Positions 22,312 through 34,732 are shown, counted from the stretch's first letter. The stretch is 64,000 bases of DNA from Neoechinorhynchus agilis (GCA_051530055.1 CM121341.1:15664784-15728783), one strand, 5' to 3'. A program made the numbers and translations. The notes: generated from the sequence alone by a model not told the origin.

Positions 22312-22689
22312 CTCAAAACCACATTAAATTTATTCATCATTCCGAATGAGATGAGATTACTAGAAAAACAACGGGCAAATTGTTTAAATTCTCGCTTTTG
22401 TTTGGAAAACATCCGGGCCTCTTTTGGACTAATTATATAAGAAAGGGAAATGTTTTCAAAATCTTAATAGCGTATTGACTGTTGCATCCATAAATAAGCT
22501 ACTCAAATTTTGCTTTAAATCAAACGGATTTTGCAATTTATTCTAATTTTTCTCTACAGATCGGAATCAAAAACTCTAGTTGAATTGTAAATAAAACACG
22601 ACCTATGAAAGTAAAATATAAAGTTGTCTAAAACGTGTTATCAACTCGATACCCGAGTTTATGTTTTAAGCGGAACATTTAAGTTTGTA

Positions 22690-23740
22690 GCAGGGCGAGG
22701 CATTACAAGAAAACCTTAAATGGAATGCCCACATTTCATTTACCTTCCCTATAGCAAACCCTCGTCTTTACCTTCTCAAACTCCTCCGGCGTCTCGGCGT
22801 ATCCCCTAAACACCTTGCCCACTTTTATCTTTCTGCCATCCTTCCTATCCTTACATACGCTTTCCCCACTTTCCTCGCCCTCTCCGTCAATGCTCTCCAT
22901 TCCCTCGAGACCTTCCACAAGAGAGAAATGAAAATATGCGGGACTTCACTCCCTCCCCTCGAGGCCCACCTCCACTCCATTTTCTCCAAAAACGCCCTCC
23001 GTCTTCTTCAACCCCCTCCACAATTTTCTTCCTTCATCTCTAAATACTCTTCCTTCGTAAACACCCGTAACCCCAACCCTCGTACCGCCCTCTACCAAAA
23101 ATCTTTCTTCCCCCAAGCACAATCTTTCCTTAATAACCGAAGAACAAGGAAAGGCTCCTAATCGGTCATCTCCTGTACAAAGGCTCCGATCGACATTAAC
23201 ACCCCTTCAAAAACAAGTCCCGCCCCGATCCTTAGATGGGACTCGCGCATTTTGCCATTTACCTCCTCAAACGCCTCCGCCATTTCGGATTCAAATCACA
23301 CGCTCTCTCCAAATTTCACAACAGCAGTATTTCACCCTCTCTCACCTTTGGTCATCTCGTCTTTTGCAACCTGTCCACATCACAAACCCCGTCGCTTTAA
23401 AATGCTTCATAGAAAAGCCTCTAAAATTTGCACAGTTGATTTTCCTCAGGCTCACCGAATGCCTTTGTAAAAATTTCAAAAATCAATCAAAACGCCTCTT
23501 AACCTTGCCACCATAATTTTTACCACATTTTATTCCCCGTCCCAATTCCTTTCATCCTTCTATATCTCGCACCTCCCTCTACCACAGCTCCTTTACAATA
23601 ATGCCCAATCTTCTCAGATATCATAACCGAGATGAATTGTAGGAAAGGTACAACCTAGCAAATTCCCCTATAAACATTAACCACATACTTTCCCACCCGA
23701 CTGCATTCTCGAACAGCACAACTCCGCACGCCATTATTTA
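22690..23740 (+). mobile_element. APE-type LINE (CR1/L2-like) 3' fragments
   Basis: LKWNAHISF...NPRLYLLKLLRRLG, homologous to the 3' part of 34733-36360. Confidence 0.8.
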
Positions 23741-23865
23741 ATCGCAAAAATATATGGTCTAAAAATTGTTAAATGTCAACGCTAGTTATTATATCAATTG
23801 CAAATGTTCTAGAAATTGTAAAGAAATTATTCATTGTAGTTTCAGTTTCGCCAATTGAAACTGTT

Positions 23866-25797
23866 TTAGAAATCAAAAACGATTTTTAAGTTTGTTCCAT
23901 TAACGTTTATTTGCCCAATTGATTTCATTTTTAAGAACGGGGCGTTAAATAGTACGAGAATTGGATTGTTTGACACGTCCAATAGTGTTAAACTTTTTAA
24001 CTCAGACAGATCTTTCGAAGGTACCGAATGAAGTCCATTATTTGAAAGGCTAAGGAAAATTAAGTTGTTCAAACCACGAAAAGAATTTTCATTGTCCATA
24101 TCGTTAAGCTTGTTATGACTAAGATCCAACGCGATTAGTTTTCTCAAACGGGCGAAGGTGCCACGAAGTATGGTTTCGATTTGGTTGAATTGAAGGCTTA
24201 GAAATTTTAGGTCTCCGAGACCGATAAAGTCATAACGATCAACATGTGAGATTTCGTTGTGGCTCATATCAATTGATCTGACGACCGTGTATCCATCAAA
24301 ATTATAGATATCCTTTATAGCTTTCAAGCCAAGTGAGGATGCGTTCAATACAAAGCAGGTCATATTTTCTGAAGGTTGCACGGGAAAATTTAAGGCTGTC
24401 GCAATAGATTTTGGAATTTCATCAATTCGCTGCGTCATATCCATTTTTGCCTTTATAGCTCGAACCTTGTCGTACGTTGCAGTCGAAATGCTGTTATTAA
24501 ACATCTCCATATATCCCACTCGGTTTTTGCCATTTTTATTAATTACTAGTTCGCCAACATGGTTTTTCGCTATTGACAAATAACCAATATGTGGAAGATT
24601 TTCAATTAATTCGGGATTGAACGATTCCAAATAATTTTCAGCCAACAATAACACCTTTAGATTGACATTATTTTTGAAGAGGTTTTGTGGTAGGTCATTG
24701 ATTCTGTTTCCGCTTAGAAAGAGAGATGTTAATTCTCTTAAGTTCCACAATGCCTCTTCATCAATCACTTCGATGTCATTGTACGACAAATCAAGTTTCC
24801 TAAGACTTTGCCAATGGTATAGGTCGTTCGAACGCAACGCGGAAATTCGATTGCCCTTAAAGTTAAGCGATACCATGTTTGCTCTTGTAAACGAATTACC
24901 TTTTGGAACATTTTGCAAATTCGCTTCCAAAATACCAAAGTGCTGAATATTCGGTGCCATTTCTAGCATACGAGAGTTGATAAAGCTGGTAGTTCCACCG
25001 TGAAGCATAAGCTTGCACAGCTTGAGAAAGCTACAATTTTGCTTGAAGAAATCTGCTAGATCACCAGAATTCGAAAATTCCAAAGAGCGCATATTATCCG
25101 GTTTAATATAAAATGATTTAAGTGGATTGCCATACACGCTGACTTCCTCAAGCTTTGTTAAGATTGAACCATCACTGAATTTTGCATTCTCGATGAGATT
25201 GTTGGATACATCGAGAGTTTTCAAATTACTCATTTTTGCGATTATCTCAAAGCTATCGTCCTTCAAACGATTGTTGGAAAGGATGAGATTATGCAATTGC
25301 GGCAAATGGGCATTCATTCTTAAGCCTAGCCGGTATATCTCATTTTCCTTTAAATTAAGTTCCTCGAGATTGTGAAATCCCTGAAATGCGTCATCTTCGA
25401 TCCTTTTTATCAGTCCGTTTTGGATGCGAAGCTTTTTGAGATGTTTGAACCTTCTCATCGCAGATTTGGTCAGAGTTGACAGTTCATTGTATTGTACGTC
25501 TGGCCTAAAAACGAACGCGTCATTGTGAGGAATAATAAAAGCCAAATCGATTGGAATCTCGTTCAAATATGCACCTTCAACTATAATACTGTTAGCTTTG
25601 GGCTTCTCTCTTACACACATGATCAGGTCAATTAGCGGTGATCCGATAATTCCCGTTCCACAATAAATGAAAATTTTATAACCTTTGTTGGCACCGAACT
25701 GAGCACATTGATGTTCCACTTCGTCGCCATTGACCAATGCAGATAGCAACAAATATGTTACCAATGTGCCCGACAAGAAGGAACGCGTCGAGAACAT
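23866..25797 (-). CDS. Signal-peptide-bearing leucine-rich-repeat protein (Toll/slit-like ectodomain), 643 aa, single ORF
   Basis: Hydrophobic N-terminus, N-terminal Cys cluster and many LxxLxLxxNxI repeats. No TM or TIR domain in the ORF. Confidence 0.85.
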   Translation of the reverse strand: MFSTRSFLSGTLVTYLLLSALVNGDEVEHQCAQFGANKGYKIFIYCGTGIIGSPLIDLIMCVREKPKANSIIVEGAYLNEIPIDLAFIIPHNDAFVFRPDVQYNELSTLTKSAMRRFKHLKKLRIQNGLIKRIEDDAFQGFHNLEELNLKENEIYRLGLRMNAHLPQLHNLILSNNRLKDDSFEIIAKMSNLKTLDVSNNLIENAKFSDGSILTKLEEVSVYGNPLKSFYIKPDNMRSLEFSNSGDLADFFKQNCSFLKLCKLMLHGGTTSFINSRMLEMAPNIQHFGILEANLQNVPKGNSFTRANMVSLNFKGNRISALRSNDLYHWQSLRKLDLSYNDIEVIDEEALWNLRELTSLFLSGNRINDLPQNLFKNNVNLKVLLLAENYLESFNPELIENLPHIGYLSIAKNHVGELVINKNGKNRVGYMEMFNNSISTATYDKVRAIKAKMDMTQRIDEIPKSIATALNFPVQPSENMTCFVLNASSLGLKAIKDIYNFDGYTVVRSIDMSHNEISHVDRYDFIGLGDLKFLSLQFNQIETILRGTFARLRKLIALDLSHNKLNDMDNENSFRGLNNLIFLSLSNNGLHSVPSKDLSELKSLTLLDVSNNPILVLFNAPFLKMKSIGQINVNGTNLKIVFDF

Positions 25798-26684
25798 TGC
25801 ACTTAGTTAAGAAGATTTCTTCAAAAATGCCCAGGTACTTATGGTAATGGTATGAGGTGAGTAACTCCTTTAGCAATGCGTTATCTTTAGAATTCTAAGA
25901 AATACACGTTACTTTTTGTGAAGAACTCCGTAGTAGTAAATGAACCTACGATGTCAAAAAATTGTACAATCCGTCACGCATTTTGAAACCTATGTAAATG
26001 ATCAGTTGGTAGATTGTCGACTGATTTTTCAACGCATTCCGATATTTCGGCAAATTATTGTGCTTTCATCAAGGTTGTTCTCAGAGGAAAATACAAGTAG
26101 GCTTTGTACCTAGGCAGAAGATTGTGCCGAAATATTGGACTTCAAAATAAAATCATTTTAATTTCTTCGCCATAAAACAACCAATATGAAACCAGAATTT
26201 CAATCTTCGTGAACAATGAAAAGCAAATATTCTAACTCGTGGCAAGTTTGTTAACGTGATATTTTTAACGGGAAAGAGATAGTAGATTATTTGAACAACA
26301 ATCGTTGATTAAATAGCCATATAAATCATAAAAGCATGAATATTCGTAAGGTATAGAATCGTCTTTAAACTTCTTTGTTTTTAAAGAAAAGCGTCTTCGA
26401 TCTTATAGCATTTTAGGAACTGTGAAAAAAGCAGTAAGATTATTATCGTTTTTTTCGTGCATGTTGATAAGACTAAAGTCGTCTACGTGATCTGATCATC
26501 AATCGAGTAGTCTTATATAGAAAACGATTTCAAATTTTTGTTCCAATTTTTTAACCAATGTGTGGCCTTTTATCACACGGCTGATAATTTTTGGGCACAC
26601 ATCTTACCGATTTGGTTCAGAGAAGTAATTCAATTACTCAATGCACTGAACCAGCCGGTACGAGTTTGTACATTCCTCCGGATC

Positions 26685-26748
26685 CTCAGATACCTCCAGG
26701 AAGCGGTACTCACCAGTGAGTTTTCTCCCTTCAGCGGTATTTCGTCCC
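26685..26748 (-). ncRNA. Permuted hammerhead copy with a core A6G change
   Basis: GGGAC-GAAA-UACC...CUCA-CUGGUGA-GUACC...GGUAUC-UGAG. Confidence 0.6.
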
Positions 26749-26760
26749 CTTTTGGTTGTG

Positions 26761-26827
26761 TCGAGGTGGTTAAGTGGAATGACGCCCGCGATCCCGATTA
26801 AGGGTCAAGTGGTTCGAATTCGTTACC
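26761..26827 (+). repeat. tRNA-like head of the hammerhead repeat, inverted relative to the ribozyme
   Basis: A-box-like TGGTTAAGTGG and B-box-like GGTTCGAATTC. Its reverse complement matches 361-397. Confidence 0.6.
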
Positions 26828-27620
26828 CTTACATTTAGAATATGGTCCACACGATGAGGCTTATCTTCAGCAGGACCATATTCTAATATAGTAGTAACTT
26901 TCTGATTTCAATCTTAATTCATTTGACTCTTTTCCATCCTAGCTCGAACCAACGGCCCGCAGTGGATTAAATTTCTCTTTAATCGTCGACACAGGGCTAA
27001 CGATTACGGTTTTTGTTTTCAATTTAAAAAATTGGCTTAAATCGACGTGTCAGTTGTTATTTGTTGAAAAATATAACGTTAACAAACTTTTTGTTCACGT
27101 AATCATTTAAGTTATTTTCATTTAAACAAACTGGAATGTAAAAAATTAACCACCGACAAAGATGCAGCGTAAATCGTTTATGCTCCAAGAACGATTGACC
27201 ACTAGGTTCTGAGTACAATTTAAACTATTCTATTCTATTTTATACTAACACAGATAAGAAACATTATTAAGGATTGTAATACTTTTGCAGAAGTCTCGTT
27301 TATTTCCAATATGAACAATTGCCTTCTAAATCTTAAATAGTAAAAATAATTAATGTGTTAAACTGTAAAAACGGCTTTCCAGTTTTCAATATTTGTGGTC
27401 AAAACTTTATTTTGAATTGAGAACCGAAAAAGTACATAAAAAAGCAGAAGCATAAATGTAAACGGATTCGACAAATTAGAAGAGAAAAGTGAGTATGCAT
27501 TCAGAGGACGAAACGCCGGAAAGGAGAAATTCTGACGGACAAACAGTCATTAATGTTTAGTGTCCAGTTAGAATATTCGCATTTCATTGTTCACGGAGAT
27601 TGAAATTCTAATTTCATATT

Positions 27621-27779
27621 GGTTGTTTTATGGCGAAGAAATTAAAATGATTTTATTTTGAAATTCGATATTTCGGCACAATCTTCGTGCCTTGCTAACA
27701 ACCTTGATGAAAGCACAATAATTTGCCGAAATTTCGGATTTTAAAACAAAATCATTTTAATTTTTCGCCATAAAACAAT
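27621..27779. mobile_element. MITE family A
   Basis: TIR ttgttttatggcgaagaaattaaaatgatttt / aaaatcattttaatttttcgccataaaacaa. Confidence 0.8.
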
Positions 27780-28700
27780 TAAATAAAAACTGGTTGGAAT
27801 TGCAATGTTGTGAGCTTTCTCTAAATTCCTCATCGTATTAAATATCGTAACGATCAAGCAATCGGGACTTTCTTTAATAACCCGAGTTTCCTCAGTTCGT
27901 CGTTCGCATTCCTTGCGTGTAATTACACTATCGTTCGGAGTTCCAATATAGCTAGGAAAAAGCTTACACAGATTCTGTTTTCCATTATTTGCGAAAATTT
28001 GTATCATTTCGGATTCTTCAAACCGATAACTCACAGCACCGCATTTTTCACATTTGTAGCTCAATGTAAAGTGACATTTGTACGATCCGATCGCAGTCAA
28101 ACAGATATTAGCAAACTCGCCGGAATAATTTTTTAGCAAAGTCATCGATTGTTTGATTTAATGCAATCATCAGGAACTCATTCGCATCGGACTGTCTATT
28201 GAAGTTTATTCCTTTGACAAAAGTAAGTCGTCGAATATGCCGCTTAGCGGCATTGAATGGGCCGAGTTAACCTTTTTCATTCGCCGTAAAATTCTCTTTA
28301 ATTCACACTTGAAACAAATGGCATTATCGTAAATGTCCTAAGTGCATTCTATCTCGGTTTCGGGCGCTGATAAACATTTTTTTCATTTCATTTGAAACTT
28401 CCTCCTCCATCTTCTTTGCATATCGTTCAAATTTCTTTTTAATCTTACTTTTGAATTCCACTTTTCCCAAATTCTTTATGTGGATCCGAAAACCTTCCGC
28501 ATCAGTTTCTTCCATTTCGGCCTATATTTCTGCAACTCGGATTGCCTGAACCAATCGCTATTGAATCTCCTTTTCCATTGTTGTTCTTTTCTGCAACTTT
28601 GATTGTATCAATCTGCTACTTACCAATAATTTAATAGAGAAGGCAACCGCGAGCAATATTATTGAGACCAATAACACTATAATTGTAATGCATTCCCTCA
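27770..28700 (-). pseudogene. Ubiquitin-specific-protease-like relic
   Basis: RQSDANEFLMIAL (Gln-box-like) followed after a frameshift by YKCEKCG..S...EE...I and SPDCLIV. In-frame stops upstream. Confidence 0.45.
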
Positions 28701-29064
28701 AAACAACGAGTACTATTCAGCAGATCCAATTTTCCGAATCTTATGGAGGCTGATATTTTAGAACATTAACTTGTGAGAAAAATGAAAGTAACGTTTAATA
28801 TGAAAATTTTATTTTGCGTTCACGAAATATAAAAACGCCCTAGCCAAAAATTATAATGTTCTTGGTGTTCACCGCTCTATTTTTCAATGCTCATTGTTGA
28901 GCGATGAACCAATAATTGTTCCCGTCTCGCTTGAATGATCATCGAGTCGATTTCCTAGGAACGTTGTATCTAGTGAAGCATTGCTATTTATTGAATACAA
29001 CTGCCTTTCTACTGTCGATATTAACACAATCTGTAAACGATGGAAATATTTAGGATATTGGGAT

Positions 29065-29960
29065 CCTTTGAATACCGCCCAAAATTCACTTCGATGTTTG
29101 TTTTTCTACCGATATTCACATAAAATCACATCTTGCATTGTATACGTGTTCTAAAAATTTCATTTAATAATAAGCTACGCAACCGAGAAAATATTCTGTT
29201 CAAATATATTGCCTAAGATCAGTTACTATCTTATGCTTATTTTATTAAATTAAAGATTTGAAAATAATTTTCAATAAATTTAACACATTCGGCATTTTTT
29301 ATTTTAAGACAAATTGAAAATCAGATATATGATATTAGTGATGATAGCTTTGATTAGTTTAAACCGGTAAAAAATTCCCATCCGCGCAAATGTTTGCACG
29401 TTTCACAAGATTTCTGCATTCTACAACTTTGTACTTATTGTAAACAGAAAGCATTGTAAAATTTAAGCCTGGTTGTTAATTGGATTTGATGGCCGGTATT
29501 CATTAAATGGTTTACGTCCACGTTCTATCTGCTCGCTGATGACTCGGAATATAGTATTCTGTTGTTCTTGCATCTGGTTGGAATTGGGGTCTTCTGTCCA
29601 TTATCTTAGCCAGAAAACGATTTAATCGGGTGGCCGTAATTATCTCCGTTAAATGGACGTTGACTAAGAGTAGCGCTTGTATCGTTGAATCCTTATAAGT
29701 TGCAATCAATGGTTCGAAGTTTACAGCAAAGTTCAACAAAGTTAGTGTTTAGCTCGTTAGTTCGAGATACCAAGTTATGCACGATCTATACAATTCGAGT
29801 TCAATATTATGCTGCAGTGCGTTCTGCGGTTAATCAGCGCGAGAGATAACTATCAAATATGCTATGTAGCCAATCACAGCACGAGCTTTGAAAACCGCCT
29901 CTCCAGCGCTTAATAAACCCGTTGGGATTCGACGATAACATATGCTGCCCAAATCAGACT
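29065..29960. repeat. Dispersed duplicated block, copy 2 (extra ~190 bp internal segment)
   Basis: Matches 21611-22311 and abuts the gypsy fragment. Confidence 0.9.
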
Positions 29961-29964
29961 AACC

Positions 29965-31509
29965 CGTCATGTACGCTTCTGGTAAATTGCAGAAAGCAGA
30001 GCAGAATTACGCTACCATTGGCAAGGAAACGTTGGCAATTATTTTTGGGTTAAAAGATTCAAGCTGTATTTATGCGGACGTCGGTTCACCATACAGGCGG
30101 ATCATAAATCGCTAGAATATATTCTGGGTGCTGATCGTGATCTGACCAAAATGCCGAACAGTCGAGTGGTAAGGTGGGCCATTAGAACCAAGCGAGAATG
30201 AAAGTACACTCCGTTGGGTGCATGAAGAAAAGTCAAGGATTTGTAAGATGACTCCTAATACCTTTGCGGATTACACATCAGGAGATCCGGATTTGTCGCG
30301 AGTGATATCATATCCGAGGGACGGGTGGCCGAAAAAATGGATGGACGTTTCATAGCTTATGCGAGACGAAAAGACGAGCTATAATACGAGAATGGAATTT
30401 GCATGCTGAACGAAAGGATCTTTGTGCCCAAGCCATTACGACAGCATGTGACCGAGACGTTGCATAGAGGTCACCCCGGAGTGGAAGGAATGAAAGCGTT
30501 GGCCCGGTATGTGGTATGGTGGCCAGAATTAGAAAAGGAAATTCGCCAAGTGTTCAATAGTTGCCTCAGATGCCAAAGTAACAGGCCCAATGTTCCGAAG
30601 TTGCCTCTGATTCCATGAAACGTACCAAAAACGAAATGGAGTTGACTTCATATGGATCTGGCAGGTCCGGTCAAGGGGGAGATGTTTCTCATAATCGTAG
30701 ATGCGACAAGTAAATGTCCCGAGATCTTTAGTTTGGGCAAAGAAGCAACGACGACCACGATATTAGTAAGGCTAGGAGAAACCTTCTCGCGATTTGGAAT
30801 ACCACAAAGCATCGTGACGGATAATGGACCTCAATTCATCTCTTCCGAATTCCATCAATTTTGCCGCCAACGTGGGATAGTGCATATACGATCAAGCCCA
30901 TATCATCCCCGATTTCTTTTTTGCCTATCGTAATACACCTCACTCGTCTACTGGGGAAGCACCTGCTGTGGCAATGATGGGGAGAAGATTTAGAGGAGTT
31001 CTAGACCGGATAATGCCTGATAACGAGGACGAGGAGCGAATCGATGAGTACGCGGCTGAGAAGCAGGCTGAAATCGAGAAGCGGAAATTTCAGGAAGGCC
31101 AGGATGTTTGCTTTAAGAGAGATATGGACAGCAAATGGAAGCGAGGAGCGGTAAGAAAACAGAACGGCCCGGTATCGTACACTGTAGAGGACGAGGATTG
31201 AAGATGCAAGAGGACGCATGGAAATTTGGTCCGAGATCAAAAGGAGAATGACGATTTGGGAACGGCGGGAGTTTCAAACAAGGAGGAAGATCATGGACAA
31301 GGAGGATCAGCAGTATTCAATGACTAGCTGAGGATATGCCGCAGTCCAGAGAGGAGGAAATTACTGGTCAATCCGCGATACAACCACCGGTTCCCGACAA
31401 GGACCAGAATACCGAAACGATGGAAGAGGTGGTTGGATTAAGAAGGGGCAAGAGAGTAAGGAGACTTCCGAAAAGACCGTATGACGACTTTTTAAAAGTA
31501 GGGAGGAGA
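29965..31509 (+). mobile_element. Decayed Ty3/gypsy pol (RNase H and integrase) with polypurine tract
   Basis: EQNYATIGKETLAIIFG, HRGHPG...WWP...C..C, DLAGP...IVDATSK, IVTDNGPQF, SSPYHP. PPT aaaagtagggaggaga. Confidence 0.88.
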
Positions 31510-31654
31510 TGTTAAAATGAAGTTGACGTCAGCAACGTCAGCATTGATTTGAGTGTTCGCGCGTAGGTTGTGTGTGTGGTGTGAGTTGTTATCCCGGTAA
31601 AAATAATAGAAAAGTGTCATGGAGTCACTCGCACCCGAAGACAAGAAGATAACA
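31510..31654 (+). repeat. Putative 145-bp 3' LTR
   Basis: Starts TGTTA directly after the PPT and ends TAACA at the junction with LINE sequence. Confidence 0.6.
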
Positions 31655-32580
31655 GAGGTGAAGCTGCAAAAGCTGAGTACGGTGGCGTAATTCGGGAAGG
31701 GGATGATTGTTTGTTGGCGTTTTAGTGAAAGTCAAAAAGTTGCGCATTGATAGAATTTAGTGTAGCAAGGAGATCGGAGTTTGATAGGTTAGAGAAGGGT
31801 TTTTGTCTTTCTATGCTTAGGGCACTTTTCGTGTTTTTCCACCTGAGGTGAGTGGGAGAGGAGGCGAGTTTATGTGCACGAAAGGTCGTGCGCGAATTGA
31901 GAATGTGATGAGCAAGGGTGGATTGAAGGCGGGTCGCCTTTATTTGAAGCATTTTCAAGAAAGGGGAAAAGGCGAATGGTTTTCCAAGGAATATCAGTAA
32001 TCAGAAAGCATAGTTTCCGACGGGTTCGGGTGAAAAATAGATTTTCTGTGTGAAGATAGATTACACGAGACTAATTTGGTGAATGTGAATAAGTGTTGAT
32101 CACTCTTATCCCAGACTATAAAGGGGGATGATCGGACACGTTGAGGAGGAACGGTGGGAGAAAGGATTATTGCGCAATGGCCCGGGGAAGAGATTGAAGT
32201 TAGTTTTTTAGCACCCTTGTATTTGTGAATGTCAGTAAAGATTTTATCACGATGTGAGTTGTGGCGGGTAGGAAATTTTACTAACTTTGCGAAGTCACGG
32301 AGATATATTGGTGTGGGAAGATTATTCACATCACCAAGAAAGATTGTATGTTCAAGGCCAAGAGAGTGAAGATTTGCTATCAGTGCATCAATCTCCTGTG
32401 ATTTTGTAGATTAGCTGAAGGAGGACGATAGATGCCGATAATGGTTAAATTTCGGCTGCCTGAGCGAAGTTTGAGAGAGAGCGTAATTTAATTGTACTCT
32501 GGGTATGGTGATTGGTTAGGAAATGAGGCGGAGGGAATAAGGGGAGCGCAGCGAATGAAAACGGAGACTCCACGTCCTAC
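31655..32580 (-). mobile_element. APE-type LINE fragment (endonuclease region)
   Basis: IIGIYRPP, FLGDVN, FPTR...DKIFT and GH motifs. 3' part is near-identical to 38180-38740. Confidence 0.8.
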
Positions 32581-32729
32581 GCGTTCGTCTCCATAATAGT
32601 GGGAAGAAACGTAGCCAGGAATTGTCGATGATGGAGGAGTGTAACCATGTTTCCGCAGTGACCAAAATATCTGCGTTGGTGGAAGAGACTAATAGCGAAA
32701 TATGATCTATTCCGTGTAAAAGATTTCTT

Positions 32730-33275
32730 TTTTTTAAAGATCAAATAAATGTATTCAATCAATCTTCATTTCTCGACAATTAACACACTCACCACCTCCC
32801 GCCGAATTCCAGCTTTTGTCCTTCCTCGACCGTCGCCATCACGCTGGCAGCATTGCCCCGTTGTACTGCTAGCGAGATATTTTGTCGAAGGAATACGCCT
32901 GCTCTTGAGTCTCCGGTTGCCTCTCTCAATTTCTTCGAGAGATCCTGGAGCAGAGAGAATGCCGAGCTGCCGAGCTGCCGAGCGCTCCATACGCCTCTAC
33001 CCCAAAGGGGACAAAATAGTGAGCCCTCGATAAGTGAAGATATTTCCGTATTTTCCGCCCTTCCGCTTCACTGGCGGCACCACCGGCGATTTCGAGGGAG
33101 TAGGGGATGTTGCTGGCTGCGAGGGTATCCACACACGTGGCGTCCCAGAGAAGGCATTTGCCCTCCCGCCACGGGAAGGCTGAAATTCCATCGGGCCTAC
33201 GGCCGTCTAGTCTACAGAGGTGGGCGGGTTCCAGGATGTTCGGGAAGTTCGCCGTTCTCAACGCCCGGAAAAGAA
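32730..33275 (-). mobile_element. CRE-like 3' fragment
   Basis: LEPAHLCRLDGRRPDG, WDATCVDTLA, FVPFGVEAYG, FLRQNISLAVQRGNAAS and an A-rich tail. Confidence 0.85.
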
Positions 33276-33390
33276 TGGAGGGAAATGGTCGTGTGAATGA
33301 ACTTGAAGGGTATATAGTTTGCTGGATTTGGTTGGTGGAAGAGCTCAATGGATGAATCCTTGAGCGGCTCTTGAGTTCGCGGTTGCGCCG

Positions 33391-33960
33391 ATGGAAATCT
33401 TACCTGAAACTAGCGAAGTTAAAGAGACGGAAGAAATACGTTTACAAAAAATGCTGGATTATCTCGTTTTTAGCACCTCCGTTCATAGGATGGAAGGTAC
33501 GGTCGACGATTTAACTTTTCAGACATCTAAGACAGCTTACGAAGAGGAGTTGCATCGTTACGACGGTTTAGCTGGAGCATCCGCGACGTTCAACTACGCG
33601 TTCGCCCTTATTCTTCAACCGAAAAAGAAACCTGAACTAATAAAACGGGGAAATGAGCTCATTCGTTCATTATATAATGAAAGTCATGATGAACTTGCGA
33701 AACGTGATTATTTATATTACTTGGCGATCGGAGAGGCTAAACTTGGGTTTTTCGACGAAGCGATTCGTTTTGTGGATGCTATCCTTAGTATGGAACCTGA
33801 TAACAATCAAGCATTGGAACTAAAGGAGGAGATAAAACAGATGAGATACCGTGATGGACTCACGGGCGCTGCAATCGCGGGCGGTTTCATTGGAGTAGCG
33901 GGATTATTAGGAGCAGCGATTGTCGGACTGATAACCTTCGGCAAGGGAAATTCAAGATAA
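33391..33960 (+). CDS. FIS1: Mitochondrial fission 1 protein, intronless, with an N-terminal extension
   Basis: FNYAFALI, KRDYLYYLAIG, EPDNNQALEL and a C-terminal GL.GAAIAGG TM tail. Confidence 0.9.
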   Translation: MEILPETSEVKETEEIRLQKMLDYLVFSTSVHRMEGTVDDLTFQTSKTAYEEELHRYDGLAGASATFNYAFALILQPKKKPELIKRGNELIRSLYNESHDELAKRDYLYYLAIGEAKLGFFDEAIRFVDAILSMEPDNNQALELKEEIKQMRYRDGLTGAAIAGGFIGVAGLLGAAIVGLITFGKGNSR

Positions 33961-34419
33961 AAAGAATGATGTACGAAACAACATTACTGCTAAAACTCGT
34001 ATATTCGTCAAAATAAAAAAAGTATCCACTATTATCGAGTTGTTGTTTTTGTAATTAGTCATTTAGCGGTGACACGTAATCAAGACGAAGTATTATTGTC
34101 ATCTACAATGGTCAAATATGTGTTATCCTTCTTTTCGCCAACACAAACCTCCTACGGTAGCACACCGGGCATCCGGAAGAAGTCCTTGCAACAGTCACAA
34201 TAATAACACGTTTATTTGTTTACTAACAAAGAGTATGACTAATGTACCTTTGGGTTCTCATAAACACTAGAGTTCAGATTAAAAAATTACCAATAGAAAC
34301 CGTTCTGGAATTATTGGTCTAAAGCCGATCCGCATTTTCAATGCGATAGACGAAACGGCTGGATTCGCTACCTCTAAAATGCGTAGAAGTAAATCTTACC
34401 TAAAGCTGGCAACGTTGAA

Positions 34420-34635
34420 GAGACACAAGAAGTTCACAGATTGAAAAAATGCGTGAATATCTCGTTTATCTTTGATTTTAGCACCTCCGTTCATAGGATG
34501 GAACGTACGGTCGACGATTTAACTTTTCATACATTTAAGACAGCTTACGAACACGAGATTGATCTTAACAAAGGTTCAGTGACAACATCCGAAACGTTCA
34601 ACTAGCCTTTCGCTCTTGTTCTTAAACCGAAAAAA
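34420..34635 (+). pseudogene. Fis1 5' paralogous fragment
   Basis: tttagcacctccgttcataggatggaa.gtacggtcgacgatttaactttt shared with Fis1. Contains an indel and a stop. Confidence 0.8.
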
Positions 34636-34732
34636 AGAGCTTGAACAAATCAAATTTTGAAATTTGTTTCTTTGTTCTTTATATAAACACGTTTTACTAA
34701 TTAAGAAGAACAATCCATACACTTGCCAGCAT

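Noticed and set aside
26761-26827. Functional tRNA gene
   Set aside because: A/B-box-like motifs are present but I could not build a complete acceptor stem or cloverleaf. Treated as a SINE head
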